DNA of 36,053 nt from Actinomycetota bacterium (GTDB lineage: Bacteria; Actinomycetota; Actinomycetes; S36-B12): NCBI GenBank assembly GCA_002737125.1, contig NSHP01000002.1, forward strand, positions 1-36,053. The letters run 5' to 3'. A program made the translations under genes and the position numbers. The notes beneath the pieces were generated by a model. It did no database searches. It was not told the DNA's origin and saw only the letters and a list, made by a program, of their open reading frames with translations. Of this stretch, positions 1-9,308 are shown one piece after another (within the stretch, counting starts at the first letter, position 1; each line of letters starts with the position of its first letter).

Positions 1-1088
1 TGAAAACTCAATTTCGTAAAGCTGGTCTAGGTCTTAGCCTGATCGCAGTGCCCCTACTAGTTGCCTCGTGCAGTAGTGGTAGTTCAGACACCACGGCCTC
101 GCAACCTTCGGTGAGCAGCACACCGCTGACCAGTGCAGCAACGGCCCCCTCCCCCGCCTCCGTGTCACCAAGCCCAACTCCCACCCCAAGCCCGAGCCCA
201 ATTGTTTTGCTCTCCCCACTGACCGGGCTGCCAGAACCAACCCCGAAGCCGGTGCTGGTAGTCAAACTCGATAACACCCGCAATGCGCAACCGCACGCTG
301 GCCTTGGTTCGGCGGATGTGGCCTATATCGAGGAAGTTGAATGGGGCCTAACTCGAATTGCCGCGGTGTTCTCCGCCGCAATTCCAGATCGTATTGGCCC
401 GGTACGATCTGCTCGGATCACCGACATTGATCTGCTCGCCCAGTATGGCAACCCGGCATTTGCCTTCTCGGGTGCACAACAAAAACTTTGGCCCATGCTC
501 GAAGCAGCATCATTTGAAGATGTTTCAGCCAACAAGGGCGGTGAAGGCTACTCGCGCGACGCTAATCGCAGGGCGCCTTACAACTACTTCGCTGATGGCA
601 AGGTAATGCTAGAACGGGCGCCAAAAGCCGCGGTCAGCACCGACATCGGCTTTCTGTTTGCCGAGGCCGCTCCACTTGGTGGCAGGCCTGCCACCAAGGT
701 GACCGCCGAGTGGCCATACTCAAATGCTCGTTTTATTTATGACCCAATTTCCGGACGGTACAACGTGCGTTTAAATGGTGCACCGGCTAAGGGTGAAGAA
801 ATTGAGGGCAGCCAGCAGGCGAGCACCGTGGTGATCCAATACGTGCAGCAAACCGACTCCGGATTCAACGACCACAGTGGCGGCCGGACTCCACTGGCCA
901 AAACCGTTGGCACCGGTAAAGCCTTAGTTTTGCGCGACGGCCAAGTCTGGGATGTCGTCTGGAATCGACCAAGTGAAGAACTCGGAACCACCTTCGCACT
1001 TGCTGATGGCACGCCACTTCCATTTAAGCCCGGCCAAACATGGATCGCGCTCCTGGACCGCGACCGCACGGTGCGAATTATTCCCTGA
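1..1088 (+). CDS. DUF3048-family secreted lipoprotein (start codon probably straddles the left window edge)
   Basis: Frame 3 is open from position 3 and reads KTQFRKAGLGLSLIAVPLLVASC, a signal peptide with lipobox V-A-S-C. Positions 1-2 'tg' could be the end of an ATG. A Ser/Pro/Thr-rich linker follows, then PLTGLP...VVKLDN...AQPHAGL..ADVAYIEEVEWGLTRI, typical of DUF3048. The ORF track starts it at GTG 48. Confidence 0.75.
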   Translation, partial: KTQFRKAGLGLSLIAVPLLVASCSSGSSDTTASQPSVSSTPLTSAATAPSPASVSPSPTPTPSPSPIVLLSPLTGLPEPTPKPVLVVKLDNTRNAQPHAGLGSADVAYIEEVEWGLTRIAAVFSAAIPDRIGPVRSARITDIDLLAQYGNPAFAFSGAQQKLWPMLEAASFEDVSANKGGEGYSRDANRRAPYNYFADGKVMLERAPKAAVSTDIGFLFAEAAPLGGRPATKVTAEWPYSNARFIYDPISGRYNVRLNGAPAKGEEIEGSQQASTVVIQYVQQTDSGFNDHSGGRTPLAKTVGTGKALVLRDGQVWDVVWNRPSEELGTTFALADGTPLPFKPGQTWIALLDRDRTVRIIP

Positions 1089-1617
1089 CAAAGGGATCAT
1101 TAAGCGTGACCGACCAGTTATGCACCACGCTGGTGCGCAAAATGGTGTCTTGGATTGATCGGTTAGTCGGACTAACCACCACCCAGAGTAAGCCAATAGG
1201 AAATACCATCGAGAAAATTGACCTAAGTGCCGAAAGTGACCAGCTTAGGCGTTTACCTTTGTAGTCCACCACTTGTAACCCCATTAGGTGATTACCCAGG
1301 GTGCGCCCTGACAGCGCCCAAGCCGCAGTCCAATAAGCCCAAAGCAGCACAAACCCAGCAAAGAAGAACCAGGACGCTTCTGGCATTTCGAATAAATGGA
1401 TCCGTGCTATCAAAAGTAAGAACAACCAAAGCAGTCCATAATTGATCAGCATCACCACTATGGTGACCGAAATATCGATGGCCACCGCAATAGCTCGCGT
1501 CACAATCCCCGATCGGTGTCCTTGCTTTGATTTAGCCTTTTCGGGAATAGTGACCTGCGCTAGGTCTCTAACTTCACCAGCAGCCAATTGCTGCCGGAAC
1601 TTTCCAAAGCTTGTCAT
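1078..1617 (-). CDS. RDD family membrane protein
   Basis: 179 aa with an N-terminal cytoplasmic segment, then TRAIAVAIDISV..., several hydrophobic helices and GRTLGNHLMGLQVV, an RDD-domain-like pattern. Its ATG (1615-1617) overlaps the TGA of the upstream gene (ATGA). Confidence 0.6.
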   Translation of the reverse strand: MTSFGKFRQQLAAGEVRDLAQVTIPEKAKSKQGHRSGIVTRAIAVAIDISVTIVVMLINYGLLWLFLLLIARIHLFEMPEASWFFFAGFVLLWAYWTAAWALSGRTLGNHLMGLQVVDYKGKRLSWSLSALRSIFSMVFPIGLLWVVVSPTNRSIQDTILRTSVVHNWSVTLNDPFVRE

Positions 1618-2156
1618 GCATCACCTTCGGAATCAGCGCCCGCTGGTGACTCAACTTTTCGCTTCTTGCGCCTAAATATTATTGAGTCCGAAATTTTGTT
1701 AATGAATTCATCAAGCGACAGGGATTGCAATCTCGCCGCGTTGACCGCATCAGTGGCAATACCACCGGTGGACTCACGGATAATTTTCGGCAAATCGATT
1801 TCGTCAATGATGTAATTCGCGATTTCAACCATCGGCACGCGATCGATAATCCCATCCATATTCGCCCTTGCAACGATCGCATCAATGTCAACGCGGTCCA
1901 GCACAATCTGAGTTAGGTCGATGCGGTCAACAACAACGTTCACCGCGATCGGCACCAGCCGGTCAAGAGCGGCGTTCACCCCCGCGATAACCGTGTGGTC
2001 AATTACTGAAGCCACGGCTCCGACGAGACCGGCCGCTAACCCGACTAACCCACTAATTGGGTTATTCGCCCCCGCCCCTGGGCTCGGTACCTGATTGACA
2101 ACTAAGACCACCTCGTGCCCGGTGCCCTCATCGGATTGCTCCCCCAGCGTAGTCAT
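1614..2156 (-). CDS. hypothetical protein with internal (I/V)D-x-(I/V)D repeats; translationally coupled to the RDD gene
   Basis: The ORF-track ORF runs to 2231, but ATG at 2156 (MTTLGEQSDEG...) avoids overlap with the divergent lipase gene. Contains repeated VDRIDL / LDRVDIDAIV / IDRVPMVEI / IDEIDLPKII motifs and a basic C-terminal tail. No family recognised. Confidence 0.5.
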   Translation of the reverse strand: MTTLGEQSDEGTGHEVVLVVNQVPSPGAGANNPISGLVGLAAGLVGAVASVIDHTVIAGVNAALDRLVPIAVNVVVDRIDLTQIVLDRVDIDAIVARANMDGIIDRVPMVEIANYIIDEIDLPKIIRESTGGIATDAVNAARLQSLSLDEFINKISDSIIFRRKKRKVESPAGADSEGDA

Positions 2157-2212
2157 GAAGCAATCATGTCCTAGCCGGTGGCAGGGCTGGAAGTAGGCAC
2201 CGACCATCCACC

Positions 2213-3496
2213 ATGGCGCCCAAGGAGCCACTTAAACCGGATACTGTGCTCCCCATGCGCGCTTTCAAGTGGACCCTGCTCGTGGTCGGCGCGATCGTTT
2301 TTTCGCTGCTGATGGCCCTGATCGCGTCCTATGTTGCCTCGACCCGAGAAACCGACATCACCCAAAGCGGGCTCGATGCTTTCTATACCCCACCTAACCC
2401 AATTCCGGCTAAACCCGGAACTTTGATTCGCAGCGAACCTCTAGCGGTTGACGTTCTTGATGCCACCGCTTACCGGATGCTCTACTCCACGCAGCGCCCG
2501 GATGGAACTCCCGCGGTTTCTGGCGGCATGATGTTCATCCCCGACGGGCCCGCGCCCGCAGGTGGCCGCAAGGTGGTTGCATGGGCGCACGGCACCGTGG
2601 GCCAAGGCGATGCTTGCACTCCATCTCGATCCACTAATCCACTGCAGGACACCACGAACTGGCTCGATCAGATGATGCAGTTTGGCTGGGTGGTTGTCTC
2701 AACCGATTATGCGGGCATGGGTACCCCCGGGCCGAATCTGTACCTGGTAGCACAAGCCGAGGTGCGTGACGTTGTGAACTCGGTTCGCGCGATTCGAGAA
2801 TTCCCCGCAGCGCAGGCCGGTAGCGAATACGTGGTTTGGGGCCATTCCCAAGGCGGGCACTCATCGCTTTGGTCTGGGCAGCTAGCACCGGAGTTAGCGC
2901 CGGAACTAAATTTGATCGGCGTGGCGGCTGCCGCTCCGGCCGGTGAGCTCAGCCTCATCATGGGGGCGCAATGGAACACCGCGGTTGGCTGGGCAATAGG
3001 CCCAGAGATAGTTGAATCCTGGCCGGTGGTTTATCCAGATTTACCACTCGATGGGAACATCTCCCCCAAAGGCCAGGCCAATGGCGCTCGATTGGCAAAT
3101 GAGTGCATCATCGCGGCCGCAATAGAAGGTATGGTTCGAATCGATTTAGGCCAAGAGTTCTTTGTCAATAATCTAACTGACACTGAATGGGGGGTGAGAG
3201 CAGGTGAGCAAACCCCGCCACCACTTCCAGCATCGATGCCAGTATTTATCGGGCAGAGCACGGCTGACGCCGTTGTTCTTCCATGGCCCAATGCGGTGCT
3301 TCAAGAAAAGTGGTGCAAGGCGGGTTCAATGATCGAGATGCTGTGGATCGGCGATGTTAGCCACCAAGACACCGCTACGACTATCGGGCCCGCGGTCGTG
3401 GACTGGATAGCTGACCGATTCGCCGTCCGTGCACCAACGCGCACCTGTGATGTCGCGCCCCCGGTCAGCCCACCCGCCGGCACCCCCATCAGTTAA
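2213..3496 (+). CDS. secretory lipase (LIP) family alpha/beta hydrolase, N-terminal membrane anchor or signal
   Basis: 427 aa. Has an N-terminal TM segment (WTLLVVGAIVFSLLMALIASYV), a G-H-S-Q-G-G nucleophile elbow and overall LIP-family layout (AWAHGTVG...C, STDYAGMG). The exact start is uncertain; an alternative is M15. Confidence 0.7.
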   Translation: MAPKEPLKPDTVLPMRAFKWTLLVVGAIVFSLLMALIASYVASTRETDITQSGLDAFYTPPNPIPAKPGTLIRSEPLAVDVLDATAYRMLYSTQRPDGTPAVSGGMMFIPDGPAPAGGRKVVAWAHGTVGQGDACTPSRSTNPLQDTTNWLDQMMQFGWVVVSTDYAGMGTPGPNLYLVAQAEVRDVVNSVRAIREFPAAQAGSEYVVWGHSQGGHSSLWSGQLAPELAPELNLIGVAAAAPAGELSLIMGAQWNTAVGWAIGPEIVESWPVVYPDLPLDGNISPKGQANGARLANECIIAAAIEGMVRIDLGQEFFVNNLTDTEWGVRAGEQTPPPLPASMPVFIGQSTADAVVLPWPNAVLQEKWCKAGSMIEMLWIGDVSHQDTATTIGPAVVDWIADRFAVRAPTRTCDVAPPVSPPAGTPIS

Positions 3497-3500
3497 CAGA

Positions 3501-4037
3501 TTATGCGGTAAGTGGGCCGGACTTTGCGGCCGGGAAATAATTCTGGCCAATACCCGAAGATCGCTTGGGTACCATTACCGACCGGAACCACGAAACAATT
3601 TCATCGCCATCTTGATTCAAACCTCGTGTCTTCATTCGAATGATGCCAAGTTCGGGTCGCGATGCACTCTCGCGCATCTCTAAGCAGAGAGACTCCGCGT
3701 ACAAGGTGTCGCCGATATAAACCGGATGCGTCAACTTGATATCGGTCCAGCCGAGATTCGCAACGGCATTTTGGCTCATGTCGATTACTGACAGGCCAAG
3801 CACTAACGCCACTGTAAAACCTGAGTTAACAATGACCCGCCCGCCAGTAATCGGGTTGCTCTTGGCGAGGTCGGCGTTGAAATGATTCTGATTTGTATTG
3901 CAAGTCAATAAAGTGAACCAGGTTGAGTCAGCTTCAGAAATGGTGCGTCCAAAGGGATGTTGGTAGGTGGTACCCACCAGAAAATCTTCGAAGAACCGCC
4001 CGAGTACGGCTGGCTGCACGGAATCAGAAGTCGTCAT
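3501..4037 (-). CDS. MaoC-like (hot-dog fold) dehydratase / (R)-specific enoyl-CoA hydratase
   Basis: 178 aa. FEDFLVGTTYQHPFGRTISEADSTWFTLLTCNTNQNHF...GGRVIVNSGFT matches the MaoC dehydratase pattern. Confidence 0.75.
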   Translation of the reverse strand: MTTSDSVQPAVLGRFFEDFLVGTTYQHPFGRTISEADSTWFTLLTCNTNQNHFNADLAKSNPITGGRVIVNSGFTVALVLGLSVIDMSQNAVANLGWTDIKLTHPVYIGDTLYAESLCLEMRESASRPELGIIRMKTRGLNQDGDEIVSWFRSVMVPKRSSGIGQNYFPAAKSGPLTA

Positions 4038-4067
4038 GCAGACAAGTATTGACTACTGACAGACCGA

Positions 4068-4454
4068 CTATTGACCGGGTGTGTCATCACCGCGGTTGCG
4101 CCAGCGGTCTTCCATGCGGTCCATAAATCCATTTGAGGATTTCGCTTTTCGCGGAGTTACTGGCGTATCAGTTTCTTTCGAAACAGTAGCCGGGGCTTTG
4201 AATGCCGAATAAGCGATGAACGCGCTGACCAGCATCAGCGCAAATCCGATGATGCCGAGTGCAATCATCATGGTTGCGACTCCCGCCAAAACCATGCCCA
4301 TGCCCACTAGAACTCCGAGAACTCCCAAGGCGGCGCGACCACGCGAAGTCCGGTTATTGGCAGACCGCAAACTGGTTGCAAATTTCGGGTCCTCGGCGTA
4401 GAGGGCTTTCTCCATTTGCTCCAGGAGGTGCTGCTCATGCTCAGAAAGTGGCAC
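4068..4454 (-). CDS. DUF3040 domain membrane protein
   Basis: PLSEHEQHLLEQMEKALYAEDPKFA is the hallmark DUF3040 N-terminus, followed by two TM helices. GTG at 4454 is preceded by AAAGGAGAA (SD) 3 nt upstream. The TTG at 4481 used by the ORF track is less likely. Confidence 0.8.
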   Translation of the reverse strand: MPLSEHEQHLLEQMEKALYAEDPKFATSLRSANNRTSRGRAALGVLGVLVGMGMVLAGVATMMIALGIIGFALMLVSAFIAYSAFKAPATVSKETDTPVTPRKAKSSNGFMDRMEDRWRNRGDDTPGQ

Positions 4455-4525
4455 GGCTTCTCCTTTCACTATCGGGGCCAAGGTTACCTGCTACGGAACA
4501 GAATAGGCGGCATTGCCCAGAAGCG

Positions 4526-4549
4526 AAACCCAACCACCTCATTGGGTTT
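4526..4549 (-). terminator. weak candidate stem-loop at the end of dinB
   Basis: AAACCCAA / TTGGGTTT 8-bp inverted repeat with an 8-nt loop, overlapping the dinB stop (4539-4541). There is no clear U-tract after it on the minus strand. Confidence 0.25.
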
Positions 4550-5795
4550 GATTTTCGACAGGGTCGGCCCGATCGACCAAGCGGCCCGGGAGTACCGCAT
4601 CGGCCCCAAATCTGGCCCGAAGCGCATCTACCGCAACCTCCGCCTCGCGCCGGCCGTGGTCCGGTGCCCCCAAAACCAACTGCTGGGCAGCCCCATCGGC
4701 GGCCCGCAGCCCTTCCGCCCGCACCCCCACCAGGCGAACCCGGACCCGCTCCAGCCCCATGCTGTCGTACAGGGCCCGGGCGGTTTCATAGATCTCCTGG
4801 GTGACATCGGTCGGGCTGGTCAGGGTGCGCGAACGTGAAACGGTGGTGAAATCAGCAAAGCGGACTTTGATCGCGATGGTGCGGCTGACGTATCCGGCAG
4901 CGCGAACCCGGGTACCCACTTCATTGGCGAGGTGTAAGAGTTTTGCGTGAATCAGTGCTGGGTCATCGATATCTTCGCTGAAAGTTTCCTCGGAGCTAAT
5001 GCTTTTCTCGGGTTCGTGAGGGGTGACTGCGCGGGGGTCAATCCCCCACGCCAAATTGTGTAGGTGGTGGCCGGTGGCTTGACCCAATGCGCGCTGCAAA
5101 GTGGTGATCGGAGTATTAGCAATATCACCCACTGTATAAAGCCCCAGCCGCGTTAGTTGCTCTTCGGTGCGCTCACCAACACCCCACAAGACCGCCACCG
5201 GCAAAGGGTGCAAGAACGCGAGAACCTGATCTGCTGGCACCACCAACACTCCATCTGGTTTACATCTTGCCGACGCAATCTTCGCAACAAACTTGGTGGT
5301 GGCGATGCCAACTGAACAGGTAATACCCTGCTCGTCAACAACTCTTGAACGAATTAATTCGGCAATCGTGGTCGGTGGCCCCAGCCGCCGGATGGTGCCG
5401 GAGATATCCAAAAAAGCTTCATCAAGGCTCAACGGCTCAACAAGTGGCGTAATAGAGTTGAATAAAGCCATTACGTTTCTGCTGACTTCGCTGTAGAGCC
5501 GATGATCGGGGGGAATAATTACCGCTTGCGGAGCAAGGCGCCGCGCCCGTGATATTGGCATCGCCGAGTGCACCCCTAAAGCGCGAGCTTCGTAGGTAGC
5601 CGATAGCACTACCCCTCTGCTGCCGCCGCCAACGATGACCGGCTTGCCATGAAGTTCGGGCCTAGTCCGTAATTCAACGAGTGCGAAGAAGGCGTCCATG
5701 TCTATGTGCAAGATCGGGCACCCGGTGTCGTTGCCATAACCGCGCGAGCTCCGCGGCCCAGGGCCACTTGATCGACGCACCTGACCACGGCTCAT
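4539..5795 (-). CDS. dinB: DNA polymerase IV (Y-family, catalytic residues present)
   Basis: ILHIDMDAFFALVELRTRPELHGKPVIVGG, SLDEAFLD, GITCSVGIATTKFVAKIAS and LWGVGERT are canonical DinB motifs. ATG 5795-5793 overlaps the dnaE2 TGA 5794-5792 (ATGA). A second ATG lies at 5804. The longer ORF-track start (5969) would sit inside dnaE2. Confidence 0.9.
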   Translation of the reverse strand: MSRGQVRRSSGPGPRSSRGYGNDTGCPILHIDMDAFFALVELRTRPELHGKPVIVGGGSRGVVLSATYEARALGVHSAMPISRARRLAPQAVIIPPDHRLYSEVSRNVMALFNSITPLVEPLSLDEAFLDISGTIRRLGPPTTIAELIRSRVVDEQGITCSVGIATTKFVAKIASARCKPDGVLVVPADQVLAFLHPLPVAVLWGVGERTEEQLTRLGLYTVGDIANTPITTLQRALGQATGHHLHNLAWGIDPRAVTPHEPEKSISSEETFSEDIDDPALIHAKLLHLANEVGTRVRAAGYVSRTIAIKVRFADFTTVSRSRTLTSPTDVTQEIYETARALYDSMGLERVRVRLVGVRAEGLRAADGAAQQLVLGAPDHGRREAEVAVDALRARFGADAVLPGRLVDRADPVENQTQ

Positions 5796-8700
5796 GCCGA
5801 CCATCTTCCACCAACAGGAGGGTCGGCCGCTAAAAGTTCGTAAACCGAGCTGGCTCCACCGGTAAGCCAGTGGTCTCGGATGGCACCTAGGCTCCAACAC
5901 CCGGTAGCTCGAATTGAAACACCTCGCGGTCCGGTGCGCCGAACGTGCCCACGAACTAAAACCAGCCAAGAGCTAAAAACAGTGCTCGCATACACATCTT
6001 GCGCATCTTCGAAAAAGGTCGCATCAACCGGCCCGGTACTGTCGTCAACAGTCAAGAAGATCACCCGACGGCCAGAGCGCACCGGTGGTGTCTGGGTAGC
6101 GACTTTAACCCCGGCCACTAGCACCTCCTGCGCTGATCGACAGGATAAAAGATTTTTTGACCTGACAATGCCTAGGGATTTCAGCATCGGGGCGTGGAAG
6201 TCAAGAACATGGCACCGAACATCCATGCTGAGCACATCAAGCTCGGCCCGCACTAACTCGGTAGTTGTCATCTCCGGTAAGCCGGATGGCTCAGTCAACA
6301 TTGGATCATCACCTAAATCTAAGGAGAGCTGCGCAGTGCAGTCTTTGCGCGATTGCTCATTTCGGGCAAGGTCGGCGATATGCAACAAAAGATCGCGCCG
6401 AGTTAGCTGACCTCGACGCTTGGACCCGCTCGCGGGCGCAAATCCGTACATAGTGTCAAAAGCTCCTGAAACGACAATGCGTTCAAGTGTTGGACGTGAC
6501 ATCCCGGCGCGATGCCAGGTATCAGCAAGGGATGAATAAGGCTGACCGGCAATAACGCTCGCACATTCGCTCGTCGAAATCCCTTTGACGTCGGCGAACG
6601 ACACCCTAATAGCGTCTGCCTCAACTCGGTAGGTATCTGACGATGCATTGATATCAAGACCGAGCACCCTAACGCCGTGGTTACGAGCATCATCAAGGAT
6701 TAATCGTTTCGGATACATACCTGGATCATGTGTCAGAACACCCGCATAGAAAGCAGCTGGGTGATGTGTCTTAAGCCATGCCGACTGGTAAGTAGGCAGC
6801 GCAAACGCTGCTGCATGCGCTTTACAAAAACCAAAAGATGCAAATGCCCGAAGTATCTCCCACACTTCTTCAACAACAGTTAATTGATAACCGCGATTCA
6901 AAGCCGCTGGATAAAACCATGCACGCGTATCATCTAGCCCTTCGGCTGAGTTCATGCTGCGCCGGGTTTCATCTGCTTCAGCAAGTGAACAACCAGTCAT
7001 CACCGACAGCACGCGGAGAACTTGCTCATGGAAGACAACTACCCCGTGGGTCTCCGCTAATGCCGGGCGCAAGTCATGGTGCATATAACGTGCCTGGCTC
7101 CACCCTTGCCGGGCCCGCAAGAACGGGGTAATCATGTCGGATTTAACCGGACCAGGGCGAAATAGTGAAATATCAATAATGAGATCACTGAATGTTTCCG
7201 GAGCGAACTTGCCTATTAGTTCGCGTTGCCCTGGTGATTCAATTTGGAAACATCCAAGAGTGCGCGTTGACCTAATAAGGTCGAAAGTCGGTAAATCATC
7301 TAGTGGTTCGGAATCGAGTGCGATCCGAGTACCGGTCGTGCGCTCGACTTCGTCGATGGCATGTGCGATTGACGACTGCATGCGCACCCCTAGTACATCA
7401 AGTTTAAGTAAGCCCATCTCCTCGACATCGTCTTTGTCGAATTGACTCATCGGGTATCCCGCAGCGCTTGGCTCAACCGGGGTGCGATTGAGGAGTGAAA
7501 TATCTGAAAGCAATACCCCGCATGGATGCATCGCCACATTGCGTGGCAGCCCGTCAAGGGCCTCGACTAAGCCCAGGAAGTCATCCAACTCACCACTTTT
7601 CGCCAACCGCCCAAACCCCGACGTCCGCAACTCGGGTAAATCACGTAAAGCCGCGCGAGCATCACGGGCTCTAATATGCGGGAAGGATTTCGCAAATGCG
7701 TCAATCTCTTGTGGCGGTAGCCCACGGGCCGCACCAACATCACGGACCGCATGCCGGACCCGATATGTCTCCATCATTGATACACAGGCGACTCGCTTGG
7801 TACCAAAACGTTCGTAGATCCAGTCATAAACCTCAAGTCTCCGAGCCGATTCGACGTCGATATCAATGTCGGGGAGCACCCGGCGTAGCGGCGATAAGAA
7901 GCGCTCCATCAACAACCCGTATCGAATCGGATCAACACCAGAAATACCAAGTAGATGATTAACTAGGCATCCGGCACCTGAGCCCCTTGCCGCCACCCGG
8001 ACTCCACGCTCTTTGATCATGGAGACAACTTCAGCAACCGTCAAAAAGTAGCCGGCAAAACCTAAGTGCCCAATGACTCGAAGCTCATCAGCGAGCCGAT
8101 CTCGCGCGAGCTGCTGCTCATCACGCGCCACATAGCGCTCCGGGATTTGTTGCTCGCACTGCCACTGCAGTTGGGCCTGTGCGGTCACCTGCTCGACAAC
8201 AGAACCGACCAGTACTTCGCGCTCTGGCACATAAACCTCACCAAGGCCTAGGTCGCGAACTCCATCAATTGCACATGACTCAGCAAGGAAGCGGGTATTG
8301 CGAAGAAGTTCACCGCCACCGCAACCGGCAGCGGTGGCGATATCTTCAGCAATAACATTCATCGCTGCGGTGCTCTTGAAAGCGGCCGAACCATTACCAA
8401 GTTCGATCTGCCGCGAGGTCAAGGGCACCAACTGGCGAGCGGCGTCAAGTACATCGGCAACGCGGCTGTCTTCACTACGCAAGTAGCGAACCGCATTAGT
8501 CAGGACCGGGACGATCTGCTCCTGCACCGCCCAACCCAGCATCCGAGCAGCCGTGGTTTTCGAATACGGGTGGCGACCAGTGCGATGGTGATTAGCTACG
8601 GCAATATGCAAATCGGGGCCGAAGATTTCGCGCCAAGGCCTGATGATGTCTTTGGCTCCGGTAGCACCATGACTAGTGAAATGCCGGCCGAGTTGCGAAT

Positions 8701-9166
8701 CAGGGCCAAGCAGCGCAACGACACCCTCCGAGTTGGCTTGAATTGCCGACCACGACAACCATGGGTTACCTCGATTAAAATGGGCTGCAGAAATCAACCG
8801 ACAAAGCGATGCCCATCCTCGAGCACCGCGGGCAAGGAACACCACCCGCGGGCGCTGCTCATCAACCCAGCCACCACCATGTGCTGGGGTACGCCGCTTA
8901 CTTACTCGACTGTTGCCAGTAGCTGCCTCAACCGCTAGATCAACCGCCAGATCAACCCCAAGAACCGGACTAATACCAACTCGCTGACAAGCCTGCACCC
9001 ACCGCACCGCTCCGTAAACCCCATTGCGATCAGTCAAGCCAACGATGTCGTGGCCAAGTTCAGCCGCGTATTGGGCCAAAGCCGCTGGAGTTGCCGTGCC
9101 GTATTGCAGCGAAAAGCTCGAAGCCACCTGCAGGTGTGCAAAAGCCGCTGCGCCAAAACGTGCCAT
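5792..9166 (-). CDS. dnaE2: error-prone DNA polymerase III alpha-type subunit (DnaE2 / ImuC-like)
   Basis: About 1124 aa from ATG 9166, which has GAGGG 13 nt upstream. Has an N-terminal PHP-like region, the polymerase motif LPDIDIDVES, and GFCKAHAAAFA. Size, SOS-box context and linkage to dinB favour DnaE2 over replicative DnaE1. Confidence 0.85.
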   Translation of the reverse strand: MARFGAAAFAHLQVASSFSLQYGTATPAALAQYAAELGHDIVGLTDRNGVYGAVRWVQACQRVGISPVLGVDLAVDLAVEAATGNSRVSKRRTPAHGGGWVDEQRPRVVFLARGARGWASLCRLISAAHFNRGNPWLSWSAIQANSEGVVALLGPDSQLGRHFTSHGATGAKDIIRPWREIFGPDLHIAVANHHRTGRHPYSKTTAARMLGWAVQEQIVPVLTNAVRYLRSEDSRVADVLDAARQLVPLTSRQIELGNGSAAFKSTAAMNVIAEDIATAAGCGGGELLRNTRFLAESCAIDGVRDLGLGEVYVPEREVLVGSVVEQVTAQAQLQWQCEQQIPERYVARDEQQLARDRLADELRVIGHLGFAGYFLTVAEVVSMIKERGVRVAARGSGAGCLVNHLLGISGVDPIRYGLLMERFLSPLRRVLPDIDIDVESARRLEVYDWIYERFGTKRVACVSMMETYRVRHAVRDVGAARGLPPQEIDAFAKSFPHIRARDARAALRDLPELRTSGFGRLAKSGELDDFLGLVEALDGLPRNVAMHPCGVLLSDISLLNRTPVEPSAAGYPMSQFDKDDVEEMGLLKLDVLGVRMQSSIAHAIDEVERTTGTRIALDSEPLDDLPTFDLIRSTRTLGCFQIESPGQRELIGKFAPETFSDLIIDISLFRPGPVKSDMITPFLRARQGWSQARYMHHDLRPALAETHGVVVFHEQVLRVLSVMTGCSLAEADETRRSMNSAEGLDDTRAWFYPAALNRGYQLTVVEEVWEILRAFASFGFCKAHAAAFALPTYQSAWLKTHHPAAFYAGVLTHDPGMYPKRLILDDARNHGVRVLGLDINASSDTYRVEADAIRVSFADVKGISTSECASVIAGQPYSSLADTWHRAGMSRPTLERIVVSGAFDTMYGFAPASGSKRRGQLTRRDLLLHIADLARNEQSRKDCTAQLSLDLGDDPMLTEPSGLPEMTTTELVRAELDVLSMDVRCHVLDFHAPMLKSLGIVRSKNLLSCRSAQEVLVAGVKVATQTPPVRSGRRVIFLTVDDSTGPVDATFFEDAQDVYASTVFSSWLVLVRGHVRRTGPRGVSIRATGCWSLGAIRDHWLTGGASSVYELLAADPPVGGRWSA

Positions 9167-9199
9167 CAGTAATCGAACCCTCGTGTAGATAGTTTTTAT

Positions 9200-9285
9200 C
9201 AACAGTTGACTTGCCGAAGATTCAGCAGTCGAAGCCCAGCTGGAGACAGGGAACTGGGCTTCGACCGCTGCTGAACCAACTGTTG
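9200..9285 (-). promoter_or_regulatory. long imperfect palindrome (about 28 bp paired) in the HEPN-dnaE2 intercistronic gap
   Basis: Pairings checked by hand: 9200-9208 with 9277-9285 (9 bp), 9221-9228 with 9268-9275 (8 bp), 9229-9239 with 9254-9264 (11 bp), and a 14-nt loop. Confidence 0.5.
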
Positions 9286-9308
9286 GGGGAACAGTCGGTA
9301 CACCTTGG

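Noticed and set aside
100-240. Apparent low-complexity DNA repeat (Ser/Pro/Thr codons)
   Set aside because: It encodes the flexible linker following the lipoprotein signal peptide of the DUF3048 protein and is not a distinct repeat element.
4259-4838. Plus-strand ORFs of 181 and 140 aa rich in Pro/Arg/Gly
   Set aside because: They are antisense to DUF3040 and dinB, have shadow-frame composition, and show no recognisable motifs.
4539-5795. ImuB (catalytically inactive Y-family protein of the ImuA'-ImuB-DnaE2 mutasome)
   Set aside because: The product retains the catalytic acidic motifs (HIDMDAFF, SLDEAFLD) and is DinB-sized. ImuB proteins lack these residues and carry a long C-terminal extension.
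5796-5969. N-terminal extension of dinB given by the ORF track (also glgX 17240, enoyl-CoA hydratase 17520, glgB 24688, Rrf2 29041, dnaE2 9202, DUF3040 4481)
   Set aside because: The extensions overlap neighbouring well-supported genes or lack homology-like sequence. Internal starts with SD sequences or stop-start overlaps match the conserved N-termini.
9167-9185. Second LexA half-site (GTTCGA) just upstream of the dnaE2 ATG
   Set aside because: Only one half-site is present (TCGAAC-CCTC-GTGTAG on the plus strand), so the dyad is not conserved.
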